The position numbers and the translations under genes are program-made. Shown here piece after piece: positions 51,182 through 60,039 of a stretch of 64,000 bases of DNA. The stretch covers positions 4,002-68,001 of IMG/VR virus record IMGVR_UViG_3300021197_000245. One strand, written 5' to 3'. The stretch comes from a virus. The notes beneath the pieces were generated by a model. The model was given only the letters and a program-made list of their open reading frames with translations. It had not been told where the DNA came from and did not search any database. Within the stretch, counting starts at the first letter, position 1. Each line of letters starts with the position of its first letter.

Positions 51182-51433
51182 TCAAGCCTTTTTCTTAGTC
51201 TTTCCGTTTCTACTTCTGTTTTTTGACGGACTCTCTAGAAAATAACCGTCTTTGTTACTGCCACCTTTACTTAACATTTTCTTGTGACTAACGTCTTTGC
51301 CCTTTCGCTTAACACCTTTCTTATCTAAAGCACGCCTTGCTTTCTGACGTTCCATACGGTTAGGGTGTTCGTTTCTTTCTTTTTGTTTCTTGTATTCTTT
51401 TTTATAAGGTCTCGGTGATTTAGTGTAAGCCAT
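51182..51433 (-). CDS. Basic HNH-like protein
   Basis: KDVSHKK..SKGGSN....L.....NRSRN degenerate HNH motif. Confidence 0.6.
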   Translation of the reverse strand: MAYTKSPRPYKKEYKKQKERNEHPNRMERQKARRALDKKGVKRKGKDVSHKKMLSKGGSNKDGYFLESPSKNRSRNGKTKKKA

Positions 51434-52098
51434 TAGTTGCTCCCGTTATGTATGCACTCAAGCACAACACAATGTCTTTTACATAACCCACTTGGGTGGG
51501 CGTTCCAAACATTATTGCTATGTGCTACTTCCATGCGTGCATAATTATCTAACCATTTTTTCCATAATGCAGGGGTCATATCGTCTGTATAAGTTTGCTT
51601 TATAAAATTATTAGATACAACGAACAATAACCCTGCATTAATGGTTTTTATTTTAGGGAAATATTTGAAAGTAGCAAGTGCCATTAATTCTAATTGCCCT
51701 TTGTCTGCGTACTTGGCTGACTTGCTAGTCTTATAGTCTACTATCCATGCTTTCTCACCGTGGATGATTACAAGGTCAACTATGCCACGCCACCAAACTT
51801 GTTTTGACGTGAAGCTACACGGCTCCAGATCCTGTGTGAGTCCCATCTTCATCTCACAATGTTTCTCTCCATCCCTAGCTTTAAGAGCCTCAAGCACTGG
51901 TTTCATAAAATTAAATCTTTTAGGTATCGGCTTATCGCTACCGATAAACTCTTCAGCCACTAGGTGAGCCTCCGTACCATAACGCATAGCCTCAGTCTCG
52001 GATTCGACATAGTCCTTTGCTACCTTTAAATGGTAGAACTGTTTGGGACATTGCTCGAAAGACTTTATCCTACTAAATGACCAAGGCGATATGCTCAC
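51433..52098 (-). CDS. PD-(D/E)XK exonuclease (Cas4/RecB-like)
   Basis: WSFSRIKSFEQCP, GIVDL, IVDYKTS, QLELMA, C-terminal C..HC....C. Confidence 0.85.
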   Translation of the reverse strand: MSISPWSFSRIKSFEQCPKQFYHLKVAKDYVESETEAMRYGTEAHLVAEEFIGSDKPIPKRFNFMKPVLEALKARDGEKHCEMKMGLTQDLEPCSFTSKQVWWRGIVDLVIIHGEKAWIVDYKTSKSAKYADKGQLELMALATFKYFPKIKTINAGLLFVVSNNFIKQTYTDDMTPALWKKWLDNYARMEVAHSNNVWNAHPSGLCKRHCVVLECIHNGSN

Positions 52099-53924
52099 TC
52101 ACAATCTCCATAAGTTTTCCCCGTGCCCGATTCGCAATTTATAGGCAGACCATCTGCCCACTCGGGTGTCCAACGCATACATTCTTCTATATACTTCTGT
52201 GCATCTGTTACTTCTTCGTCCTTGACACAACACACTATCGAGTCATGCACAGTTAAAACGGCTCTATGCTTCTTGTTTATCTTTAGCATCTGTTCACCAA
52301 TTATGCAACGTGCTATAGCTTGGCAGACATTCTCCACAACCTTACCACCATATATGCGTGTTCGACCTCGTCTAGTTTGATAACTAAACTCTTCACCCAT
52401 CTCACCCGTCTCATAATCTAAATCTTCATATCGCATAAGTAATCCCGACGGCAAGCGTATAGCATTTTCTTCGGGTACAGTTATTAACACTTTGCCCCTG
52501 CCTAATCGCACGGGTAATTCGTTGTTACTTAACGAAACGAGAATCTGTTGTGCATCACGCCATAACTTGTTTATCTTCCAATTAGTTTCACGGTAAATTT
52601 TTATAACCCTCCGTGCTTCCTTTATGTCCATATCAAACCCAAACGTCTTTAGCTGTGATTGGAACTTCAAGGCTCCCATGCCATACCCAGCACCTAGTAT
52701 AGTAGTCTTACCAACAAATCTCTCGTCTTTTGTTATATCTTCCTCTGCCTTGTTATATATACGTGATGCCATCTTAACATACACATCTTCTCCATCAGCA
52801 AACGCTCTAGTCAGATCATCTTCACTAGCAAGCCAAGCCAAAACTCTAGCCTCTATTTGTGAGGAGTCGGCATCTATAAGAGTATGCCCTTCAGGTGCGA
52901 TAATACTACGTTTAAGTTTCTTACCATTGACACCTCTACTTGGTAGGTTTTGTAAATTTATCTTATCGTCTCCACCCCATCGCCCAGTGTGGGCTGCGTA
53001 ATACTTGACTGGGACGGGCAGGAGACCACGTTTAGCTATGTCTATAAATCTCTGCGTTCTTGTTTCTTCTAATGTAGATTTAGTTCCTAGCCTTGCAGTT
53101 ACCAACGCTTGCACTTTTGGATCGTGATGCGTTTCCAATGCTTTAAATTCTTCATCGGACTTGGCAAATGCAAAGGTCTCTTTACCAGTAGTAAGGCTTA
53201 TCTTCATGGGTGGATCGACACCAAGAGTTTTAAGGACTTCTGCAAACTTATGGTTACTCATCAAATCTTCTTTAGTCACGCCTGAAGAGATAAGCAGTTC
53301 GTCCTTACTGTCACGTGTTTCTATGAGATGATGCTCCAACATCCCCAAGTCAAGGTCTAAGATAGGGTTTATGAACATACGTAATGTTGCGTCTATAAGT
53401 TTAAACTCTTTCCTAGGAAATTTATTACCCATTATGGTAAATAACTTGTACGTCAAGTCTACGTCGTTAATACAATAGTCTCCGTAGTCTGCTAATTCAC
53501 TTTCCGTAAAGTCCTTTCGCCTCTTGCCGATCGCTTGTATGACCTCCGTGCCTTTTGCTCCGATATCATAATTTTCAGCCAATGCCTTGAGACTACTGCT
53601 ACTTTCCACCCCGTGAACACCACGGGAGATACACAAAGTATCGGTATACACCCTAGGACTAATATCAAAGATCCAATTAAGAATAGCACCGTCAAACATA
53701 GTATTGTGAGCAAGCACCATAGACTTCTCCCAATCGAATGTTTGTAAATATTGTTTAAGTTCTTCGTGTGTTCCACTTGCCCACTCCGTTTCCTGATTGT
53801 TAAGTTTGACTCCTATACCAATAACTTCAAACCTAGGGTCACGTATGTACTCCTCGGTTGTCAGCTTACTCAATGAAAACTCTTTACTATAAAAAGTCTC
53901 AAAGTCTAACGTAATTAAATCCAT
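52095..53924 (-). CDS. polA: DNA polymerase family A with 3'-5' exonuclease
   Basis: LDFET, AHN..FD and Y...DV exonuclease motifs; DADSSQIEARV (A), GKTTILGAGYG (B), TVHDS (C). Confidence 0.95.
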   Translation of the reverse strand: MDLITLDFETFYSKEFSLSKLTTEEYIRDPRFEVIGIGVKLNNQETEWASGTHEELKQYLQTFDWEKSMVLAHNTMFDGAILNWIFDISPRVYTDTLCISRGVHGVESSSSLKALAENYDIGAKGTEVIQAIGKRRKDFTESELADYGDYCINDVDLTYKLFTIMGNKFPRKEFKLIDATLRMFINPILDLDLGMLEHHLIETRDSKDELLISSGVTKEDLMSNHKFAEVLKTLGVDPPMKISLTTGKETFAFAKSDEEFKALETHHDPKVQALVTARLGTKSTLEETRTQRFIDIAKRGLLPVPVKYYAAHTGRWGGDDKINLQNLPSRGVNGKKLKRSIIAPEGHTLIDADSSQIEARVLAWLASEDDLTRAFADGEDVYVKMASRIYNKAEEDITKDERFVGKTTILGAGYGMGALKFQSQLKTFGFDMDIKEARRVIKIYRETNWKINKLWRDAQQILVSLSNNELPVRLGRGKVLITVPEENAIRLPSGLLMRYEDLDYETGEMGEEFSYQTRRGRTRIYGGKVVENVCQAIARCIIGEQMLKINKKHRAVLTVHDSIVCCVKDEEVTDAQKYIEECMRWTPEWADGLPINCESGTGKTYGDCE

Positions 53925-54358
53925 TAATCTTCCTCTGCCATAACACATTCATACTCGATACCGACGTAAGCCATGTTATCAACATAGTGATCTTTCTTCT
54001 TCGGACTTGTCATGCGTCTAGCTATCTTGGTGGACTCATGCACTAAAGCAATATCACGGGCAGATAAATCTCGACCCGTTATCGCATTAAATATGTTGGC
54101 TATGTGCTGATGATTTTTAACGGGGTCACCGTAATCTTTGCGTCTGTCTCCGTCAGTGAGGCTCACTGCTTCACGTAACAGATCGCTACGGTCCTGTTTG
54201 TTTAAATGCTTTATGATAACATCTTTTGGTGTGGCTATCTTATTTCTGATTTTTTGGGCATACGACTTAGATACCTTAGTGGCTTTACTTATTTGCGTGG
54301 ATGTAGCCAAGGGATTTTTTAGTAAGTACTTCTGCACCTTAACTTCTTTGTTAGTCAT
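53924..54358 (-). CDS. HTH plus DUF6378-like (nucleotide pyrophosphohydrolase-fold) protein
   Basis: N-terminal PLATSTQISKATKVSKSYA helix-turn-helix; GDRRKDYGDP..N...IA..KIAR..DHYVD..AY. Confidence 0.65.
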   Translation of the reverse strand: MTNKEVKVQKYLLKNPLATSTQISKATKVSKSYAQKIRNKIATPKDVIIKHLNKQDRSDLLREAVSLTDGDRRKDYGDPVKNHQHIANIFNAITGRDLSARDIALVHESTKIARRMTSPKKKDHYVDNMAYVGIEYECVMAEED

Positions 54359-54536
54359 CTTCTCTCCTCACATGATTTTCTGATCGTTCAAAATCTAATG
54401 GTAACTCTAACTGTTCTTCTTCTAAATTCGTGTTATCTATTGATAATTTACAAATCTTGCATATTGCGTACCCATCGGTAAAACATATGTATGCTTTACA
54501 TTTAGGACATAAATCATCTTTCCATCTTGTAGCCAT
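54351..54536 (-). CDS. Small Zn-ribbon protein
   Basis: CPKC...CKIC; AGGAGG RBS. Confidence 0.65.
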   Translation of the reverse strand: MATRWKDDLCPKCKAYICFTDGYAICKICKLSIDNTNLEEEQLELPLDFERSENHVRREDD

Positions 54537-54554
54537 AGTATCCTCCTATAAATT

Positions 54555-54703
54555 TGGTGCCCCCTTTTGCCGAGGGGGACTAGTAGTACGTACTTCTACG
54601 ACAAGGTCAAAGTTCTTTTTTGCAGTTGGAGACGAACCCCCCTTGTTGCAGTGGATATATGCCATGAATACACTAAGGAGTCTCTCACTGCTTAACCCCA
54701 CTG
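54555..54703 (-). ncRNA. Candidate structured RNA
   Basis: About 70-nt multi-helix hairpin (54622-54691) plus a CCCCCT/AGGGGG hairpin ending CACCA on the minus strand. Confidence 0.4.
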
Positions 54704-54993
54704 TAATAGTCATCAAAAATAGACTTCACACTATCTATATTTTCTTCGTTGATGACTACTGCAATTCCTTTTTGTTTCCTAATATCTGTTAAGTTCTTAT
54801 CTTGTAATGCCGTAGGCTTGTTGCCACCTGCTTTGCACTCGATACCAAAGAAGATACCTTTGTAGCATCCAACTATATCGGGCACACCACTAAAGCCATA
54901 ACCACCAGTCACGGGATAAAAGTAGTATGCTCCCATTTCTTTTAACTGTGCTACCACTTTCTTCTTAACCTTTGCCTCGGGTGTCATTACCAT
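54685..54993 (-). CDS. VRR-NUC nuclease (Holliday junction resolvase-like)
   Basis: TPEAKVK, GVPDIV, IECKA, PTALQ. Confidence 0.85.
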   Translation of the reverse strand: MVMTPEAKVKKKVVAQLKEMGAYYFYPVTGGYGFSGVPDIVGCYKGIFFGIECKAGGNKPTALQDKNLTDIRKQKGIAVVINEENIDSVKSIFDDYYSGVKQ

Positions 54994-55280
54994 TATGACT
55001 TATCCTTTTTATACTTAAACCTAAACCCTTGTGTTGCCGACCCATGCTTATGTGCATATGCACTGTTTGGTGAAATTAATTCCGACATTGGAGATGCACC
55101 ATTTGCTACTTCAGTGGGTCTTCTCACAACTCTACCATATTCTATTTCTTTCAATGCTACTGGACTATCCTCAAACCTCTCGTGCATATCTAACTCTTTA
55201 GGTGTCTTTTTTAAATTATCAAGCCTAATCTTTCTTTGTATGTCTCTTATACTTGATCTTACTCTACTGAATTTGTCCAT
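54993..55280 (-). CDS. Hypothetical protein
   Basis: GAGG RBS; packed ORF. Confidence 0.6.
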   Translation of the reverse strand: MDKFSRVRSSIRDIQRKIRLDNLKKTPKELDMHERFEDSPVALKEIEYGRVVRRPTEVANGASPMSELISPNSAYAHKHGSATQGFRFKYKKDKS

Positions 55281-55305
55281 AGTATCCTCTCAAAAAACTG
55301 GTTTC

Positions 55306-55374
55306 AACGGCAAGTAGTGGGGAGATTTAACCCCCCAATCTTGTAGTGACTCACTACAAAATCTACTTGCCGTT
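55306..55374. other. Three-way junction element containing a palindrome copy
   Basis: 12-bp perfect IR AACGGCAAGTAG/CTACTTGCCGTT enclosing a TGGGG/CCCCA hairpin and the 17-bp palindrome. Confidence 0.6.
55342..55358. repeat. 17-bp palindrome copy 1
   Basis: TGTAGTGACTCACTACA. Confidence 0.95.
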
Positions 55375-55617
55375 AATTACAAATCGGTTGTCGGCAATCC
55401 TAGTACCTATGTTATCAAGTGTCGCTTTAGTTTCAAGCATCATTAACAATGATAATCGTTCTTGAACCCATTTAGGACACTTATCCAAAGAACTATAACT
55501 GCCTTTTAGTACCGTGTCAACACATTCTATACCAAGACATGTAATTCTGACAAGTCCAGTATCATTTGATATGTTGACGTGGTACGACGTGTTAAGCTGT
55601 GTTGCCTCACTCATCAT
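55363..55617 (-). CDS. Hypothetical protein
   Basis: P.WVQERL..L..L..IG.R motif; overlaps the upstream gene. Confidence 0.65.
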   Translation of the reverse strand: MMSEATQLNTSYHVNISNDTGLVRITCLGIECVDTVLKGSYSSLDKCPKWVQERLSLLMMLETKATLDNIGTRIADNRFVINGK

Positions 55618-56530
55618 CAGGAGCTGTCACGTAAAACATTGTGGCATCAACACGATATCCTACGTCGTCAACCCAATGATTATTTTCTACCATACTAAGC
55701 ACAGACACCTTACCCATTACATCTTCGGGCACTTTGTCCTTGTCGTACGTGGTAAGGTTTCCTAGATCAGAACGACCATATCTCGCTTTATCTCGTATGA
55801 GAGGCACGACATCAAAGACTTGCTTACCATACTTCTCGTATACACGAACATAGTCTACATCAACACCGTCACTACTAACGGCATTAGCATCTTCTTCTAG
55901 CTTGAAGTAACTAAGCAGATCACTCTCCAACTCTTTGTCAGTAAACTCATGTCCTACCTTAACAAGTGTACGCATGTACTCGAGCATGGGGTTGTACTCG
56001 ATGTTCTTCTCCCTATTACTCTTAGCCAACAAATCAGACAGAGTGTTGTTTCTCTTAACATCCATTGCCGACTTTGTGTTCTTTGACTTGCGACGCATGT
56101 CTGCCTCTGTCCATTCGTCTAGTGCCATGTCCTTAGTCGTTAAGGGACGTAAGTATTTCTTGGCATTGCGAACGGCAGTAGAAAGATTGATAGACATAGC
56201 CATGTAATGTTGATCGTTATAGTCTGCATATTTGTAATTCGCAATATGCCTAGATGATATAACATAGCTACTTTGCATTGCCTTTGCCGTGGTCAAGAAA
56301 TCTCCATAGCCAATATAACCCATGACATAAGGATCGTTAGGCATGTGTACATAAACTCTCCTTTTATCATTAGCATCTTGTGTAAACAAGACACCACGAA
56401 ATGACTTACGTATCTCTGCCATAAACTCTTGTATATCCAAGTTAGAGGCTAGGTAATCCCTAGCCACTTTTTGTTGCTCAACATCAATCTTCTTATTGAT
56501 ATCGCTTACCTTTAATATATTATACGACAT
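55607..56530 (-). CDS. Hypothetical early protein
   Basis: 307 aa; C-terminal VP.DVMGKVSVL..VGYR resembles 55363-55617. Confidence 0.75.
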   Translation of the reverse strand: MSYNILKVSDINKKIDVEQQKVARDYLASNLDIQEFMAEIRKSFRGVLFTQDANDKRRVYVHMPNDPYVMGYIGYGDFLTTAKAMQSSYVISSRHIANYKYADYNDQHYMAMSINLSTAVRNAKKYLRPLTTKDMALDEWTEADMRRKSKNTKSAMDVKRNNTLSDLLAKSNREKNIEYNPMLEYMRTLVKVGHEFTDKELESDLLSYFKLEEDANAVSSDGVDVDYVRVYEKYGKQVFDVVPLIRDKARYGRSDLGNLTTYDKDKVPEDVMGKVSVLSMVENNHWVDDVGYRVDATMFYVTAPDDE

Positions 56531-56709
56531 TATTCATTCTCCCATTTCTTGATTTGTTCTAGTAGTTGTTCGGCATACTCATACCTACCGATGATAATGT
56601 CATCTGTACCATCGGTTACTTCTTCATCTCCGTCTATTATTGGTTGGCTACTAGAGATTTCTCCCTCTAGCATTTGCTTGATCTTATTGACCATTGGTTT
56701 GTATCGCAT
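56530..56709 (-). CDS. Small hypothetical protein
   Basis: Start moved to ATG 56709 (GGAGGAG RBS). Confidence 0.6.
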   Translation of the reverse strand: MRYKPMVNKIKQMLEGEISSSQPIIDGDEEVTDGTDDIIIGRYEYAEQLLEQIKKWENE

Positions 56710-57764
56710 TACTTCTCCTCCGTGTTGGTTAGTATCTGTGCCTTGATTGTCTTGTTGAACCCACATATCTTGTTGATCCAACGATTGTAATGTGCTCTGA
56801 ACTTCTTACGTTCTGACTCATGCTCGTCGAACAATACAGAGTCAAGCAACATATTCCATGCCATGTGCATACGCATTGGATGTTCCTCGTCTTCCATGAT
56901 GATAAGTGCCTGCTCGGGTTTTGGCTCGTACCCCCAAACGTGTTGGTTTTCTTTCACCCACCCTTGTTCTCGTGCATACTCAAGCAACTCTTCTCTCTTC
57001 AACTGGGCAAGATTGTGTTTGGCTTGGTATCTGTCTTGCGATACTGGATCGCCATAGCTATATTGAAAATTCTCAAGGTGTTCCCGAAACATAGGTGCCA
57101 TGACAAGTAACCAAGAATAGTATGAGTCCATAGCTGGCTTGAACTTCTTCTTACGTTCTTTGTCAACTAGCACACGTGGTGGAACAAACGTAAACGAGTT
57201 TGTACGTATCTTCCAACCCTCGCCTGGGACCCTCGTGAACTCAAGATACTTGCAATCATCTTTCTGCACAGTGGTCTTATCTCTATGCCAACCCCAAGAA
57301 TAGTAGTCACTCTTTGGCAGGAAGTATCGCACACCATTTAAGATGACGAACTGCTTGCCGTTGTCCACAACAAAATTTAACTCCCTTGGTAATGCTCGCT
57401 CCAAGAATGAGTATCTGCCATTGTGTGCACCACTGCCCGATCCATTACGTACACGCAGTGTCTCTGTGCCATCAATATTTAGTGTCCACATGATAGGTGC
57501 AAGTGCCTTGCAAGCCTCCATGGGTAAATCTTTTCCATGATAATGATGCTCACTGTATTGGATTGGGTCACCCATGTCGCCATCGTAGTAGGCATAGCAG
57601 TTATCTGAGAACTTGTGTATACGCTCATACTTACGACGTCTGTCGCCGAGTGGTCGTACATCATTCTCAAGTGTGTGTTGCTTACTGACGACTGGATTGA
57701 TACTGTTGTAGTGCGTGGCTACTGCACTGAAAATAGCTAGCCTTGGCATATCATATATTGACAT
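56709..57764 (-). CDS. Hypothetical early protein
   Basis: Start moved to ATG 57764 (AAGGAG RBS, palindrome just upstream). Confidence 0.75.
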   Translation of the reverse strand: MSIYDMPRLAIFSAVATHYNSINPVVSKQHTLENDVRPLGDRRRKYERIHKFSDNCYAYYDGDMGDPIQYSEHHYHGKDLPMEACKALAPIMWTLNIDGTETLRVRNGSGSGAHNGRYSFLERALPRELNFVVDNGKQFVILNGVRYFLPKSDYYSWGWHRDKTTVQKDDCKYLEFTRVPGEGWKIRTNSFTFVPPRVLVDKERKKKFKPAMDSYYSWLLVMAPMFREHLENFQYSYGDPVSQDRYQAKHNLAQLKREELLEYAREQGWVKENQHVWGYEPKPEQALIIMEDEEHPMRMHMAWNMLLDSVLFDEHESERKKFRAHYNRWINKICGFNKTIKAQILTNTEEK

Positions 57765-58311
57765 GTTTAGTCTCCTTTGTTTTTTGTAGTGTCTCACTAC
57801 AGTTTTGGTTGTTGTAATAGTCTTGTCTTGTCGTGTTACATGTGAGGTCATCTGTTAACTCCCACACCATGCGAACACCGACTTCTTGTTCTAGGTTCTC
57901 TACCATCATCTGACTTAGATATGATTCGCTCCCATAACATTCTTCTTCGGTGTCGTCATGTTCTTCGCCACCACGCACAAATCTGTATGCGTAAGTGAAA
58001 TTTTCTCGCTCGTTGGCAAACTGCTTACACACTGTAGCTATGTGTAAGTACGCTTGTATGTCTTTATACTCGTTGTAAAACTTCCAACCAAAGTAATCGA
58101 GACGCATGATAAAACACGTCGTGTCACTATCCAATGCCCAATCGTGGAATGTCCAGTTGCCGTCGTTGTCAACCAAGTCATCGTCGAGGTTTGTCTGAAA
58201 TGGATTGAGTTCTTGCACACGTGGGTCTAGCCGATATACGGCTAGTACCTCTTTCATGTCTTGCAATGTCTCGAACGCAACGACTATGATGCCGTCTGAT
58301 CTATACCCCAT
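57751..58311 (-). CDS. Hypothetical early protein
   Basis: MGYRSD..KFY..F.R.GEE..D.EE motif; start moved to ATG 58311. Confidence 0.7.
   Translation of the reverse strand: MGYRSDGIIVVAFETLQDMKEVLAVYRLDPRVQELNPFQTNLDDDLVDNDGNWTFHDWALDSDTTCFIMRLDYFGWKFYNEYKDIQAYLHIATVCKQFANERENFTYAYRFVRGGEEHDDTEEECYGSESYLSQMMVENLEQEVGVRMVWELTDDLTCNTTRQDYYNNQNCSETLQKTKETKHVNI
57785..57801. repeat. 17-bp palindrome copy 2 (variant)
   Basis: TGTAGTG-TCT-CACTACA; 7-bp arms intact, centre changed. Confidence 0.9.
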
Positions 58312-58483
58312 TGTCTTCTCTCCACCATAGGATAAGCTGTTGCTGTGCGTGTTCCTTTGCCATGTCGCCCAGTTCCTGCTTGATCTTCTTGAGTGCTTGA
58401 CCATTGGTCATACCCTCGTTGGTTAATAGATGATGCAGTAACTCCTCTGCATCGGTGAGTATGTTCTTTATTCTATGTGACAT
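58301..58483 (-). CDS. Small hypothetical protein
   Basis: AGGAGG RBS; packed ORF. Confidence 0.6.
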   Translation of the reverse strand: MSHRIKNILTDAEELLHHLLTNEGMTNGQALKKIKQELGDMAKEHAQQQLILWWREDNGV

Positions 58484-58766
58484 TTGTACCTCCTTTATAA
58501 TATATCACTTGAAACTTATGTAGTGTATGTAACTCCTCTTCCGTCACATTCATTACGTCTTCCACCCAAACAACTTTGTCGCCATACCAAAAATCGCTTT
58601 GGTCTTCATTCTCATGCTCTGCAAAATTGTAATCGTGAAACTCGGATAGTATCGTCAAGTCTGTGATTTTATCTTCATCATAGTCTTGTTTTGTAAAGGT
58701 TTCATAGTAACCCCACATCTCATACTCATCCTCGCCAGTACTAGTTTTTAATCTATATAAAATCAT
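58473..58766 (-). CDS. Acidic hypothetical protein
   Basis: GGGAG RBS; abuts the VWA gene. Confidence 0.65.
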   Translation of the reverse strand: MILYRLKTSTGEDEYEMWGYYETFTKQDYDEDKITDLTILSEFHDYNFAEHENEDQSDFWYGDKVVWVEDVMNVTEEELHTLHKFQVIYYKGGTNVT

Positions 58767-60002
58767 TTATAACTCCCTTGATTTTACGTGAACGTGTGTG
58801 CCTACGTCGGGCACAGTTCCCTCATTGTCGATGATACACCACAAGATCGGACATGCCCACTTGCCCCAACTGCCACCTAGATAGCCGTCGGTCAATACGA
58901 TACATGCTTGAGGTTTGACACCCTCCTTGGTCATGTACTCGGGAACACACTCAATCATTGTGCCACCACCACCTTTTGGTTTGGTTGACTTGACCAAGTC
59001 ATCGAGCTCGTGCAACTCATACTTCTCGTCACCACACACTTCTGTGTCCCAATACAGTATACGTACTTTCTCGGGGTGGACTGTGTCGCATATCTCTTTG
59101 ACTTCTGTAAGAAACCTAGACAGTTCGGGTTGACCGATCGAGCCACTCGTGTCGATAGCAATGACCAACTCGCCAATGCTCTCGGATATCCCACTCGGCA
59201 TATACACACCTGCCGATATGTACCGTCTGTTAGGACGTTGCCACGTGGAGTAATCACTGCCAGTACATGTAGTGACAACGAACTCCCTCAACACTTCTCG
59301 CCAGTCAATCTGTGGTTTGAGCAGATCGACCAAGTCACGATCGCCACCCGAACCAGTCTTGCCAGCAATCAACGCACCTTGACGTATCGCCTCGTCAATG
59401 TCTCGAGCCAAGTCATTCTGTTCTTGTGGGGACAACTCTTTTGCCCCATCCCAGTCATGTTGGTCAAACGATCCTTGTAGTGAGTCACTACCACTTTCGC
59501 CATCGATACCAGTGCCGTTGCCTTGAGTTGGCTGATCTTCGCCACTCTCCTTGCGAGCATGATAGACTTGAGCCGTGTCCATGCCACGATACTTCTCGTC
59601 GAAACAACCATTGGTAAGTTCCCCAGTCATAGTAGCAAAGCCGTCCTTGTTGTCATCACGTAGCTTGACGTTGATAACATAGTCCATGCAGATGTTAGCC
59701 TCATCGGGATTGATGTCGGCTATCCATTTCCACGTGGTAAGATGTTTGTACAACTTGTGATAACTCTCGTGCAGTATGAGAAACCGTAACTCTGCATCGT
59801 TTAGCTTAGATACAAACTCACGGTTGTACATCTCGTCCTTGCCATTGGTACAAGCCGTTGGTATCGAGGGATCATCAATCACAGTACGATCCCCCAGCAT
59901 AAGTATGCCAGCGAGTGCGACATACTTTGGGTTTTGCATAATTGAGATGACGGCTTTCTGCACACGTTGCTCTGCCGTCAACTGTTCACTTGTCATAAAC
60001 AT
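58767..60002 (-). CDS. Metallopeptidase-like plus VWA domain protein (DUF2201-type)
   Basis: TACTNG, ILHESYH (HExxH), MIDAS IDTSGS, GGGGT, LTDGY; start moved to ATG 60002. Confidence 0.85.
   Translation of the reverse strand: MFMTSEQLTAEQRVQKAVISIMQNPKYVALAGILMLGDRTVIDDPSIPTACTNGKDEMYNREFVSKLNDAELRFLILHESYHKLYKHLTTWKWIADINPDEANICMDYVINVKLRDDNKDGFATMTGELTNGCFDEKYRGMDTAQVYHARKESGEDQPTQGNGTGIDGESGSDSLQGSFDQHDWDGAKELSPQEQNDLARDIDEAIRQGALIAGKTGSGGDRDLVDLLKPQIDWREVLREFVVTTCTGSDYSTWQRPNRRYISAGVYMPSGISESIGELVIAIDTSGSIGQPELSRFLTEVKEICDTVHPEKVRILYWDTEVCGDEKYELHELDDLVKSTKPKGGGGTMIECVPEYMTKEGVKPQACIVLTDGYLGGSWGKWACPILWCIIDNEGTVPDVGTHVHVKSREL
59476..59492. repeat. 17-bp palindrome copy 3 (one mismatch, inside the VWA gene linker)
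   Basis: TGTAGTGAGTCACTACC. Confidence 0.9.
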
Positions 60003-60015
60003 AGTCTTTCCTTTC

Positions 60016-60032
60016 TGTAGTGAGTCACTACA
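60016..60032. repeat. 17-bp palindrome copy 4
   Basis: TGTAGTGAGTCACTACA between the AAA+ and VWA genes. Confidence 0.95.
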
Positions 60033-60039
60033 ATAGTTG

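Noticed and set aside
54555-54640. tRNA or tmRNA suggested by the CACCA end
   Set aside because: No cloverleaf, T-loop (TTCGAA) or matching acceptor 5' strand could be built; kept only as an unclassified structured RNA
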